DNA of 61,993 nucleotides, counting the filler. It is 4 parts of 4 records of this genome, joined end to end, with 100 filler letters (N's around TTAATTAATTAA, not from the genome) between each part and the next. Parts side by side here need not be neighbours in the genome. Positions count along the whole stretch, not along the records: positions 1 to 22,089 come from DRR378314_345; 3 more parts are not named here. One strand, given 5' to 3'. Made by a program: the position numbers and the translations under genes. The notes below the pieces were generated by a model. The model worked only from the letters and a program-made list of their open reading frames with translations, was not told where the DNA came from and made no database searches. How positions within the stretch are numbered: the stretch's first letter is position 1; each line of letters starts with the position of its first letter. Positions 1 through 9,273 of this stretch are shown piece by piece.

Positions 1-302
1 TCGTATTCCTGCGCACGGCGCGACCACATGGTGCGCTTGATGCGGGCGCGGCCGCCCAGCGTCTTCAGAGCGTCATCAACCAGCTTGGAGCCGGCCAGAG
101 CGCGCATGCCGGAAGCTTCGGCGCGGTTGGTTGGAACGCGAAGGATCATCTTGTCCTGGTCAAAGGAGACCACGTAGACCTCCAGATCCATGCCGGCCAC
201 AGTCTGCTTCTCGACGCTCGTGATCTTGCCCACCCCGTGTGCGGGGTAAACGACGCTTTGACCCACTTCAAACGCCAGTTCCGCAGATGCTTTTTTAGCC
301 AT
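1..302 (-). CDS. carD: CarD/CdnL family RNA polymerase-binding transcription factor (3' end outside window)
   Basis: Manual translation from ATG 302: MAKKASAELAFEVGQSVVYPAHGVGKITSVEKQTVAGMDLEVYVVSFDQDKMILRVPT...KRTMWSRRAQEY. VVYPxHGVG and WSRRAQEY are CarD hallmarks. Not in the ORF track because it runs off the edge. Confidence 0.95.
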   Translation of the reverse strand, partial: MAKKASAELAFEVGQSVVYPAHGVGKITSVEKQTVAGMDLEVYVVSFDQDKMILRVPTNRAEASGMRALAGSKLVDDALKTLGGRARIKRTMWSRRAQEY

Positions 303-416
303 GTTGGATATCGCCCTTTTTTACGCAAATAGAGCCGATAAAGTCCCTCCCAGTCCGACGCAGTTGACGGTCTGAGTTGAAGATTCCGGCTCTTGTCAGT
401 TATTACTCAAGTCTGA

Positions 417-445
417 ACACTAGCATAAATGTGCAGGTTTTTCAA
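417..445 (-). promoter_or_regulatory. sigma70-type promoter of carD with extended -10
   Basis: Minus strand TTGAAA (445-440), 17 bp spacer, TAGTGT (422-417) preceded by TGC (TGn extended -10). Confidence 0.6.
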
Positions 446-547
446 CAGACACGCCCAGATGCTAACCAAGAGTAAAGTTCTCAAGGCCTCTGATTTTGTT
501 AACCTTTATTGAGAAACCCTGCAAAATCAGGGTTCGGACGGGCTGAC

Positions 548-892
548 TCAGACGTCGCCTTCACCCGGCTTGGGGCTGAAATATTTTTCCAATTTGCCGG
601 TCTCTTGCGCAAATTGTTCGCGATCTGCAGGCGGTTCCTTCATCCGGGTGATGTTCGGCCAGACCTTCGCATATTCGCTGTTGAGTTTCAGCCATTTCCC
701 GTCCGGGTCGTCCTCGGTGTCAGGTACGATCGCCTCTGCCGGGCATTCCGGCTCGCACACGCCGCAATCAATGCACTCATCCGGATGGATGACCAGCATG
801 TTCTCGCCTTCATAGAAGCAATCAACCGGGCAAACCTCGACGCAATCCATGTATTTGCAACGGATACAGGCGTCGACGACGATATAGGTCAT
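548..892 (-). CDS. fdxA: 7Fe ferredoxin (FdxA family)
   Basis: [51 protein letters not shown]; start taken at ATG 892; usual neighbour of carD. Confidence 0.95.
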   Translation of the reverse strand: MTYIVVDACIRCKYMDCVEVCPVDCFYEGENMLVIHPDECIDCGVCEPECPAEAIVPDTEDDPDGKWLKLNSEYAKVWPNITRMKEPPADREQFAQETGKLEKYFSPKPGEGDV

Positions 893-977
893 GGGCGGGA
901 GGGCCTTCTGCAATTTGTGCACGGGCGAAATGGCGCGCGCAGGCGCTTATGTCAATGAGGCGAGCTGACAGGTCTCT

Positions 978-1424
978 TCAGGAAGCGTCAGTGATCCGCT
1001 GTTCCGCCGCCTGTCGGGCCTGGGCCCGTGAAATATCGTCGATATACAGCAGTGACGCCACATGGCGGATATAGGCGTCCTCGATATCGCTCTTTTCCCC
1101 ATCCGCCAGCGCCACCCGGTACAGTCCCTCAATGATGGAAACCCGCTCCGCCACCGGCAGCTTCTTCACATGCTTGGTGAATTGGTGAGAGCCGACAGCC
1201 TCTTCGGCCAGCGCCTCCCCTTCCGCCAGCACGGCATCGGCCTTGTCGGCGTCAAACCCGAACGCCTCCAGAAGGATTTCGGCGATCATGTCGCTTTCGA
1301 TGTTCACATAGACACCATCGGACAAGGCCGCCTCGACCAACAGGGCCGCTGCCGCCACTTGCGGATCCATCGACCGTTCCGCAGGTGTTTTCTGCCGGAA
1401 CAGGTTTTTCAGCGCGCTCATCAT
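978..1424 (-). CDS. TerB family protein
   Basis: AAALLVEAALSDG...LYRVALADGEKSDIEDAYIRHVASLL, the twin (A)DG acidic motifs of the TerB fold. Confidence 0.8.
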   Translation of the reverse strand: MMSALKNLFRQKTPAERSMDPQVAAAALLVEAALSDGVYVNIESDMIAEILLEAFGFDADKADAVLAEGEALAEEAVGSHQFTKHVKKLPVAERVSIIEGLYRVALADGEKSDIEDAYIRHVASLLYIDDISRAQARQAAEQRITDAS

Positions 1425-1708
1425 TCGTCCATCTCCAACGTTTGGTACAGCGCCGCTGCCTCGTCAGCGGGTCCACGCCGTGTGCCGAGGTCCAGCACTT
1501 CAACAGCCTTGATATGCCCCCCGAGGGCCATTGTGACAATATCCGCTACCGCAATGGTTGCGCCGGGCTTGTTAACGCGCCGCGTCTGGCCATTCCGGGT
1601 CAGACGGATGCCGCGCTTGCGGATATGCGCGCCAGAGAGTGCGCGCGTCTTGAAAAACCGTGCCCGCCACAACCATACATCCAGGCGCAGCGTCGGCGTT
1701 TCCGTCAT
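1421..1708 (-). CDS. RNA-binding S4 domain protein (Hsp15-like)
   Basis: LRLDVWLWRARFFKTRAL...RRGPADEAAALY; 4-bp ATGA overlaps with both neighbours. Confidence 0.92.
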   Translation of the reverse strand: MTETPTLRLDVWLWRARFFKTRALSGAHIRKRGIRLTRNGQTRRVNKPGATIAVADIVTMALGGHIKAVEVLDLGTRRGPADEAAALYQTLEMDE

Positions 1709-4416
1709 TGGAAGGGCGTATAGGTGAAGTCGCTGCCGGTTTCAGGCGCGCCGCTTTCTGCCTTGGGCTTTGGCTTGCGCTTCTTTTTCTTGGGTTTCGG
1801 CTTTTCCTCTGGCAACAGGGCCGCCAGCGCTGCGAACGGGCTGTCCGGGTCAGGCTTGCGAGACGCCGGCGCATTGCGCGAGGGGCCACGTCCGCCCCCC
1901 TGAGGCTTGCCGCCCCGCGGGCCCTTGCCGCCCTTGCCACCCGCATTCTGGTGCGGGGCACCGCCCTGATTGCGGCCACGCTCCGGGCGACCTTCCGGCC
2001 GCGCCCGCGCCGCATAGCGCCATAGCAAGACGGCGTCGGTTTCCTTGTCCTTCTCTGCCGGGGCAAGACCAAAGCCTTTCAGCACGGCAGGCCAGTCATC
2101 GGCCGGACAGGACACAACCGAAGCCAGGTCAATCTCGATGGGGAAGGCATTCTTCCCGGCTTCCTTGCGGCGCTTGGCAATTTCCCAGCCCAGGCGCTCT
2201 GCCAGGTCCGCCCGCACGGCTCTCTTGCCGAAACGCAGATAGCCATTCGCGGCCAGCGCCTCTTCCGGCCATGTGCCGTCAAGCGCGAAAGACCCCGCCC
2301 CTTCCGGCGCAAGCGGGAAAGGCTGGCCTTCAAACACTGCGCGCAGAATGGCGATCATGCGCTGGCCTGCGGGCTTTTGCGCATCCGGCACATGGGCCGC
2401 CACACGCCCGGCGCGAATGCCGATCCCCTTCAGGGCTTCGCGCTGTTCAGCGGTGAGCCGCAGGCCGGGATCATCCTGGCGCAGATCGACCGCCGCGCCG
2501 CTTTCCAGCACACGGAAGGCAATGCCACGCGCCAATCCATCCAGCGCGTCTCCCGCCTTTTCGACGGCCAGTTTCGTATGTGTGGGCAGGATGCGGGCGG
2601 TTTCCTTTGTCGCCCATTGTTCCAGCCGTTGCCGCGCGGCTTCGCGCTCTGCCGGGTCAACTTCGGCCGCGCCGATGATTTCCACGCGCGGAGACATCCA
2701 GCCAGAGCCCTTCACCAATTGGCCCACAGGCGAATTGATATGCTCCACCTGGCCTTCATCATTCAGCTTGAACGCGTCATCCGGCGCCGCCACGATCAGG
2801 CTGAGCCGCTCCACGATCAGCGGTCGAACGGCGGCCTGCGCTGCGCCGCGCACGGCCTTGCCTTCCAGTGTCCGCGCATCCAGCACAAGCTCGAATGTCA
2901 GGCCTTTGAGGCGTCCAACAACATGGCCTTCCACACGGACATCTCCTTCCGGGGTCAATTCGGTCACGAGGGCGTCTTCCTTCTTCAGGCTGGCAAGCAA
3001 AGCGGTTGTGCGCCGGTCCACAAACCGGGCTGTAAGGGCTTCGTGTAGCGCGTCTGACAGGGAGTCTTCAATCTCCCTCGTACGATCTTGCCATTTTTCG
3101 GGGTTTTCCAGCCAGTCAGGCCGGTGGGCGGCATAGGTCCATGTCCGGATATTGGCAAGCCGTTGCTGCAGCTTTGCGATGTCTCCCTGCGTTGAGGAAA
3201 GATCATCCAGCCGCCGCTCAAGCCCCGTGTCAGACAGGCGCGCATCGGGGTCTGCCAGCGTTTCGGCAAGGCCGAGCACAAGTCGCGCATGCCCTTCCGG
3301 CCCGGCTTTGCGAAAGTCCGGCAAGCGGGCCAGATCCCACAAACGCTTCACCCGGCGCGCCCCGGCCACATTCGGCCCGATGGCGCCATCCTCACTCATC
3401 CGCCGCAGCACCCATTCATCCAGCGCATGCGGATTGTGGATCAGGGCCGGATGACCGGACGGCTTTTCAAGGCTCAGGATCAGGCGACGCAGGCTGGAAA
3501 AGTCCAGCGCCGAATTGCGCCATTGCAGATGGTCCACCGGATCGAACCGGTGCGCCTCGATCGCTTTCCAGGTTTCTTCGTCAAAGTGCGGACAGGTCGC
3601 CGTCTCGCCAAACTCGCCATCGGTGCGAAAGCGCCCGGCCCGGCCCGCAATCTGCGCGCACTCGGCAGGTGTCAGCAGGCGATGGCGCCGCCCGTCGAAT
3701 TTCGAGCGTGAGGCAAACACCACCCGGTCGACATCCAGGTTGAGCCCCATGCCAATGGCGTCCGTCGCAACAATGTAATCCACCTCGCCTGACTGATACA
3801 TGGCGACCTGCGCATTGCGGGTACGCGGGCTCAGCGCGCCCATCACGATGGCCGCCCCGCCCTTCTGACGGCGGAGCAGTTCGCCAATCGCGTAGACTTC
3901 GTCGGTGCTGAAGGCGACAATGGCCGTCCGCTTCGGCAGCTTGGTGATCTTGCAATGGCCCGCATAGCGCAGCTCTGAAAAGCGCTCGCGCGGCTCGGTC
4001 TCTGCGCCCAAATCCAGCGTGCGCAACACGCCGCGCATCGTATCGCTGCCCAGCAACAGGGTCTCGTGAGATCCGCGCAAATTCAGGATGCGGTCTGTGA
4101 AGACATGGCCGCGATCCTGGTCTTCGGCCAGCTGGATCTCGTCAATCGCCACAAAGTCCACCCGCACATCGACCGGCATGGACTCCACGGTACAGACCCA
4201 ATAGCGCGCCGTGGACGGAACAATCCGCTCCTCGCCGGTGACCAGCGCCACATGCGCCGCGCCCTTGCGCTCGACCACCCGGTCATACACCTCCCGCGCG
4301 AGCAGGCGCAGCGGCAAACCGATCATGCCGGTGCCATAGCCCGTCATCCGCTCAATGGCGTAATGCGTCTTGCCAGTATTGGTGGGGCCGAGAATGGCCT
4401 TCAGCGTGGAACTCAT
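1705..4416 (-). CDS. SF2 helicase, Suv3/MgpS-like
   Basis: Start MSSTLKAILGPTNTGKT (Walker A); IDEIQ; VATDAIGMGLNL; QIAGRAGR; basic low-complexity C-tail. Confidence 0.92.
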   Translation of the reverse strand: MSSTLKAILGPTNTGKTHYAIERMTGYGTGMIGLPLRLLAREVYDRVVERKGAAHVALVTGEERIVPSTARYWVCTVESMPVDVRVDFVAIDEIQLAEDQDRGHVFTDRILNLRGSHETLLLGSDTMRGVLRTLDLGAETEPRERFSELRYAGHCKITKLPKRTAIVAFSTDEVYAIGELLRRQKGGAAIVMGALSPRTRNAQVAMYQSGEVDYIVATDAIGMGLNLDVDRVVFASRSKFDGRRHRLLTPAECAQIAGRAGRFRTDGEFGETATCPHFDEETWKAIEAHRFDPVDHLQWRNSALDFSSLRRLILSLEKPSGHPALIHNPHALDEWVLRRMSEDGAIGPNVAGARRVKRLWDLARLPDFRKAGPEGHARLVLGLAETLADPDARLSDTGLERRLDDLSSTQGDIAKLQQRLANIRTWTYAAHRPDWLENPEKWQDRTREIEDSLSDALHEALTARFVDRRTTALLASLKKEDALVTELTPEGDVRVEGHVVGRLKGLTFELVLDARTLEGKAVRGAAQAAVRPLIVERLSLIVAAPDDAFKLNDEGQVEHINSPVGQLVKGSGWMSPRVEIIGAAEVDPAEREAARQRLEQWATKETARILPTHTKLAVEKAGDALDGLARGIAFRVLESGAAVDLRQDDPGLRLTAEQREALKGIGIRAGRVAAHVPDAQKPAGQRMIAILRAVFEGQPFPLAPEGAGSFALDGTWPEEALAANGYLRFGKRAVRADLAERLGWEIAKRRKEAGKNAFPIEIDLASVVSCPADDWPAVLKGFGLAPAEKDKETDAVLLWRYAARARPEGRPERGRNQGGAPHQNAGGKGGKGPRGGKPQGGGRGPSRNAPASRKPDPDSPFAALAALLPEEKPKPKKKKRKPKPKAESGAPETGSDFTYTPFQ

Positions 4417-4617
4417 CGTCGCTGCGTGGCGGGCCGGTTCGCGGAAGTCAAGCGGGCGACGCCGGGCCCGACCGCAAAACGCCCGGAAATCATGCAGCTT
4501 CACGTCAACCTGATCGCGAGCTGTCACTTCCAAAAATTGTTTTTATTCCGGGATTTAAACCTTGCCGTTCATTTTCTGTTAACCTAAACATCCTCGCTCA
4601 GAAGTGGGGACAATATC

Positions 4618-5760
4618 GTGTCAGGAACCGCCGCAAACCCGGCTCTCTCATCCGTGCAGCGGTTTCATGCCTTGGACGGTATGCGCGGCATCGCAGCAAT
4701 CGTTGTGATGCTGTATCACTATGTTGGCGCGTCCCAGTCCCGGCTGTTCATGAACAGCTATATCGCTGTGGACCTTTTCTTCATCCTGAGCGGCTTTGTC
4801 ATTTATCACGCCTATGCCACGGCCATACTCGGCGGCATGCCGGCGGGCGTATTCGCCAACAAGCGCATATCGCGCCTCGCTCCCACCGTGGCGGGGGGCG
4901 TGGTGCTGGGTGCCATTGCCGCGCTGATCGTGATGCTGGAAACAGGACGGGATTTCAGTCCGTTGGACTTTGCCCTTACGCATATGGGCCATTTCGCTTT
5001 CGTGCCGGCCCTGTCCGACTATCAGATACCCGCCAGCGATTCCCTGATCCTGTTTCCATCCAATCCGCCGCTCTGGTCCATTTTCTACGAACTTGTCGCC
5101 AGCCTGGCCTTCATCTGGATTGCGCGCATTCCACGTTGGCGGCTGGTCGGTGCGGCCCTTGCCGCCTTCTCCCTCTACCTGTTCTGCTGTCTCGCCTTGT
5201 CCCGCATGACCGGAACCGCGTTGACGGCCAATGTCGGCTGGAATCATGCGACGTTTTTCTTCGGCTTCCCCCGGGTGTTTTCCGGCTTCCTGATGGGCAT
5301 CATCATCTATCGCCTGCTCAGGCGTCTGGATGACTGGATCGAGACGCACCTGCCGCGCCTCGCCGGACCACTGCCAACGCTTGGCCTGTTCGCGGCGACG
5401 CTCTGTGTCCTGATGTGCCCCTTTTATGCCAAGGGCGTCTATCAATTCGTGGCCATCGGAATGCTCTGCCCTCTGCTGATCCTGGTGGGAGCGCGTGTCA
5501 CGCCGGGGCGCAGCTGGCTGACTGCAGTTTGTGACGGCCTCGGCACACTGTCCTTCCCACTCTACTGCGTGCACGAACCCGTGCGACACATGACGAATAT
5601 CCTGCTGAAACGGATCGGCCTGCCGGACAGCGCATTGGGCCTGCGCGTCACCATTACAGTAATCCTCGCCTTCCTCGCCTCGGGCATGCTGCTCTGGCTA
5701 CTCGGCCAGCTACGCGCCCGCCATCGCCTCAGCTCCGGACTGAAGCCGTTTCTGGGCTGA
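4618..5760 (+). CDS. acyltransferase family 3 (OafA/YrhL-like) membrane protein
   Basis: LDGMRGIAAIVVMLYH, AVDLFFILSGFV, LWSIFYE, LGTLSFPLYCVH; multiple TM segments; GTG start. Confidence 0.9.
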   Translation: MSGTAANPALSSVQRFHALDGMRGIAAIVVMLYHYVGASQSRLFMNSYIAVDLFFILSGFVIYHAYATAILGGMPAGVFANKRISRLAPTVAGGVVLGAIAALIVMLETGRDFSPLDFALTHMGHFAFVPALSDYQIPASDSLILFPSNPPLWSIFYELVASLAFIWIARIPRWRLVGAALAAFSLYLFCCLALSRMTGTALTANVGWNHATFFFGFPRVFSGFLMGIIIYRLLRRLDDWIETHLPRLAGPLPTLGLFAATLCVLMCPFYAKGVYQFVAIGMLCPLLILVGARVTPGRSWLTAVCDGLGTLSFPLYCVHEPVRHMTNILLKRIGLPDSALGLRVTITVILAFLASGMLLWLLGQLRARHRLSSGLKPFLG

Positions 5761-5838
5761 AACACAGACTGTCGGGTTGTCGGTCTGGTGATATGGAAAT
5801 GCTCATATCCTCCCCTGCTACACAGGGAAGAAAGCCAC

Positions 5839-6654
5839 TTACGCCACCACTGCGATACGCGGCTCGTTCACGCTCGGCACGTCATCCTTCACGGCGTGCG
5901 GCTGGAAGTGCAGCAATTCCCAGCGGCCGTCATGATGCTCGACAAGGGCGGTGCAGCTTTCCACCCAGTCGCCATCATTCATGTAGGTAATGCCGTCAAT
6001 CTCGCGCATTTCGGCGACATGGATATGGCCACAGATCGCGCCATCGAATTCCTTCCGGCGGCAATAGTCCGCCACATGCCCCTCGAAATTGTGGATATGG
6101 TTCAGCGCGCGCTTGGTCCGCTTCTTCAGCGCCTGCGAGAGAGACCAGTACGGCATGCCCAGCCGGCGGCGGATCGCGTTCAGCTTCGTGTTCGCCCAGA
6201 GCAGGAAATTGTAGGCATGATCGCCCAGATGCATGATCCATTTGCGGTCGGCCCGCATCATGCCGTCAAACATGTCGCCATGTACAACGAGGTAGCGCTT
6301 GCCATCCTCGCCCTCATGCACCGCGCGGTTCTTCACCTTGATCTCGCCAAAGGCCAGACGAAACTGCAGGAAAGCCCGCAGGAACTCGTCATGATTGCCG
6401 ATGATATAGGTCACATCCGTGCCACGCTTGGCGGCCGTCAGGATACGGCGGATGACATTGGTATGCGATTGCGGCCAGTACCATTTCTTCCGCATGCGCC
6501 AGCCATCAATGATGTCGCCCACCAGATAGAGCTGCTCTGACGTATGCGTCTTCATGAAGGCGCACAGCGCATCGGCCTGACACCCGGCGCTGCCGAGGTG
6601 CACATCCGAAATGAAGATCGAGCGATAATCCGGGCGTTTGTCTGGACGGGTCAT
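5839..6654 (-). CDS. metallophosphoesterase, UDP-2,3-diacylglucosamine diphosphatase-like
   Basis: ISDVHLG, LVGDIIDGW, GNHDE, HGD, CGHIH, NDGDWVESCTALVE. Confidence 0.9.
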   Translation of the reverse strand: MTRPDKRPDYRSIFISDVHLGSAGCQADALCAFMKTHTSEQLYLVGDIIDGWRMRKKWYWPQSHTNVIRRILTAAKRGTDVTYIIGNHDEFLRAFLQFRLAFGEIKVKNRAVHEGEDGKRYLVVHGDMFDGMMRADRKWIMHLGDHAYNFLLWANTKLNAIRRRLGMPYWSLSQALKKRTKRALNHIHNFEGHVADYCRRKEFDGAICGHIHVAEMREIDGITYMNDGDWVESCTALVEHHDGRWELLHFQPHAVKDDVPSVNEPRIAVVA

Positions 6655-6789
6655 GGGAACGGCCCATAAGCCAGTTCGGTATGAGTTTTATGACAGCAAT
6701 CCCCCTAATTTCGTCACAAAACCGCAATGAAAACAGCGATCAGAGATTAGTTTGTCCTCCCCCTCCGGGAACGGAGCTATACTGCGCGC

Positions 6790-7191
6790 ATGGATCACCT
6801 GTTTGCCCCGCCCCAGAATCTGCCGCCGGAAATGGAACCCCGCCGGTTCTGGATCTGGCTGCAGCTGATCCTCCTGCGCCTCCATGTGCGCATGGTGAAG
6901 GGCGCGGACGCGAACTTTCTCTATGGATTGACCCGCACCGGACAGGTCTTCCTCGTCGAGATCGGCGACACGAAGGCCGAGCATCAGGCGGCGCTTGCCC
7001 GCAAGAAACAGCAGGACATGCTGAACTGGACGCCGTCAAAGGCTTTCACAGCAGCGCTCGACGGCGCGTCCCTCCTGTCCGCGCACCCCATCGAAGGCGG
7101 GGCCCCGGAAGCGAACGCCTTCCTTGCGCCTGTCGCGCCCGCGGCCTGCGCCCCTATTGCGGGCTGCACTCTGCCACCGCCGGACACCTGA
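6790..7191 (+). CDS. hypothetical protein
   Basis: 133 aa ORF with GC-rich third positions in its first two thirds; no family recognised. Confidence 0.6.
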   Translation: MDHLFAPPQNLPPEMEPRRFWIWLQLILLRLHVRMVKGADANFLYGLTRTGQVFLVEIGDTKAEHQAALARKKQQDMLNWTPSKAFTAALDGASLLSAHPIEGGAPEANAFLAPVAPAACAPIAGCTLPPPDT

Positions 7192-7263
7192 CCGGTCTCC
7201 TTACAGAAGAAAACTCGATTTCCAGAAACGAAGCGCCTTCACGGGCGTCGCCTGTGCAGCCGA

Positions 7264-8193
7264 TTAGCCGGTTTTCACGCCGCCACCGCGCCGGGCGAGC
7301 CAGACCCCGCCAAGGATCAATGCGAAAGCGATCAGCGCATGCCAGCTCTGGGTCTCCCGGAAAAAGATCCATCCGAGCACGGCGCTGACCACCGGAATGG
7401 CATAGCCCGTCAATGAGAGGAACGTCGCGCTGGTCCGCGCAATCAGGAACATGTAGAGCGCCTGCGCAATCGCGGTTGGGATGACGCCAAGGCCCACAAC
7501 GCCCGCCCAATGGGTCCAGTCCGCATTCACGTCGGACGGATCCACCGTGAAGACCAGAGGCCATGACACGATCGCCGCCAGCGTGACAAAGCCGGTGGCA
7601 AAGGGAATGGCCTCAATCTTCGGCGCGCCCCGCGCCATCAAACTGGCCGCCGCATAATTCATCGTTGCCAGGATCAACAGAAGCTGCGCCACCACGCTCG
7701 CATTGCCCAACCCCTTCATCGCGTCCGGCCCGAACAACACCGCCACGCCCGCAAACCCGGCCAGCACGCCCACTGCCGTACCGCGCGTCATGCGTTCATC
7801 CGCAAACAGAAAAGTTGCGCCACTGACCACAAAGATCGGCACCGCCGCGGTATAGAGCGCCGCAAGGCTGGAATTCACCGTCTCTTGCGCCGTGGTGATC
7901 AGGAAGAAGGGAAAGACAGACCCGGCCAGCCCCATGCCAATGATGGCGATCCAGCGTGGCTTGTCCCGGAAGGATGGCAGTTTCTGCCCGCGCGCCAGCA
8001 TGACGATCCACAGCAATGCCGCGCCGATGGTCAGGCGGCCCGGCAACACCCAGCCAACCGGCAGGCCTGCGTCCGGATTGCCCTTGTCGACCGCCACGCG
8101 CGTCAGGGCATAGGCCCCGGCCCAGAACAGGGTCAGCAGCGCAAACAGCGCCCAGTCGGATGCCGACCGGCCAGTGGGCAATTGCTGGCTCAT
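7264..8193 (-). CDS. DMT/EamA family transporter
   Basis: About 10 TM segments in two EamA repeats; start ATG 8193 overlaps the upstream stop (ATGA). Confidence 0.9.
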   Translation of the reverse strand: MSQQLPTGRSASDWALFALLTLFWAGAYALTRVAVDKGNPDAGLPVGWVLPGRLTIGAALLWIVMLARGQKLPSFRDKPRWIAIIGMGLAGSVFPFFLITTAQETVNSSLAALYTAAVPIFVVSGATFLFADERMTRGTAVGVLAGFAGVAVLFGPDAMKGLGNASVVAQLLLILATMNYAAASLMARGAPKIEAIPFATGFVTLAAIVSWPLVFTVDPSDVNADWTHWAGVVGLGVIPTAIAQALYMFLIARTSATFLSLTGYAIPVVSAVLGWIFFRETQSWHALIAFALILGGVWLARRGGGVKTG

Positions 8194-9092
8194 GGCATGG
8201 GTTCGCCGCGAGAAGTTTCGAGGATGGAATACCATTGCTGGCGCGTCAGCGGGATGGCCAGCGCATTGCGCGCCGCCCGCAATCGCTCCGGGCGCTGCGT
8301 GCCCAACAGGACAATCGGCCTGGCAGGATGCTTCAGCAGGAAGGCCAGCGCGACGTCGCTGCGCTGCGCATCATACAGGGCGGCCAGCCGGTCCAGCGTC
8401 TCGTGCAATTCGGCCAGGCGGCCGGGGTCATCCGCCTGCGGTGAGTATCCCTCTCCCAGCCTGCCCCCGGCCAGCGGCGACCAGACAATCGGCGTTGCCC
8501 CGGTTTCCTGGCACCAGTCCAGCGTGCCATCTTCCAGCGGCTGCAGATGCAAGGCCGAGAATTCCGGCTGGGTGCTGACAATGCGCGCGCCCAGATGCGC
8601 CTGCAGCGCGCGGGTCTGCGCCACCGTGAAATTGGACACGCCGGCATAGCCGATCTTTCCGTCCGCAATCAGAGTGTCCAGCGCTCCGGCCACTTCCTCC
8701 CACGGGGTCAGCAGGTCCGGGCGGTGGATCTGGTACAGATCAATCTGCTCAACGCCCAACCGCGTCAGCGAGGCTTCGCAGGCTTCGATCAGATAGGCCC
8801 GGCTGGAATTGTAGGGCACAGGCGGAATGATCCCGCCCTTGCTGGCCAGCACCATCCGGCCGCGCCGCGCAGGGTCTGCCGCCAGCACCTCGCCCAGCAG
8901 CGCCTCTGCCGCGCCGAACCCGGCATCGCCGAAACCGTAAATGTCCGCCGTATCAATCAGCGTCACGCCCAGATCGAGCGCGGTCTCGATCAGCGTCTCG
9001 GCATGGGACAGGTCATGTCCCAGAAAACGCCAGCACCCAAAGCCCAGACTGCCGGCTTCAAGTCCGCTCGATCCGATCTGCGTTTGCCGCAT
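8190..9092 (-). CDS. aldo/keto reductase
   Basis: LGFGCWR, IDTADIYG, IDLYQIHRPD, GVSNF, VWSPLAGG; start MRQTQIG at 9092. Confidence 0.92.
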   Translation of the reverse strand: MRQTQIGSSGLEAGSLGFGCWRFLGHDLSHAETLIETALDLGVTLIDTADIYGFGDAGFGAAEALLGEVLAADPARRGRMVLASKGGIIPPVPYNSSRAYLIEACEASLTRLGVEQIDLYQIHRPDLLTPWEEVAGALDTLIADGKIGYAGVSNFTVAQTRALQAHLGARIVSTQPEFSALHLQPLEDGTLDWCQETGATPIVWSPLAGGRLGEGYSPQADDPGRLAELHETLDRLAALYDAQRSDVALAFLLKHPARPIVLLGTQRPERLRAARNALAIPLTRQQWYSILETSRGEPMP

Positions 9093-9273
9093 GCGCTCAC
9101 TCCCTGAAGCCTTCCGCAATACGGGCCCGGCGAGGGCAAGTCCACGCCCGATAACTGTTAGCGCAATCAGGAGTGAGCGGCGCGAGGCCGCATGGCGAGC
9201 GGGTGGACGAAATTGCGTAGTCGTCGTAAAGGGCCAGCAGATTTAAAGCCTGCCGCTCCAAAGGAGATTTTTC

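Noticed and set aside
146-328. 60-aa ORF from the track
   Set aside because: Alternate frame overlapping the real carD CDS.
462-513. CtrA half-sites between fdxA and carD
   Set aside because: Best matches (CTAA-N7-TAAAG; CTCA-N7-TTAAC on minus) have two or more mismatches.
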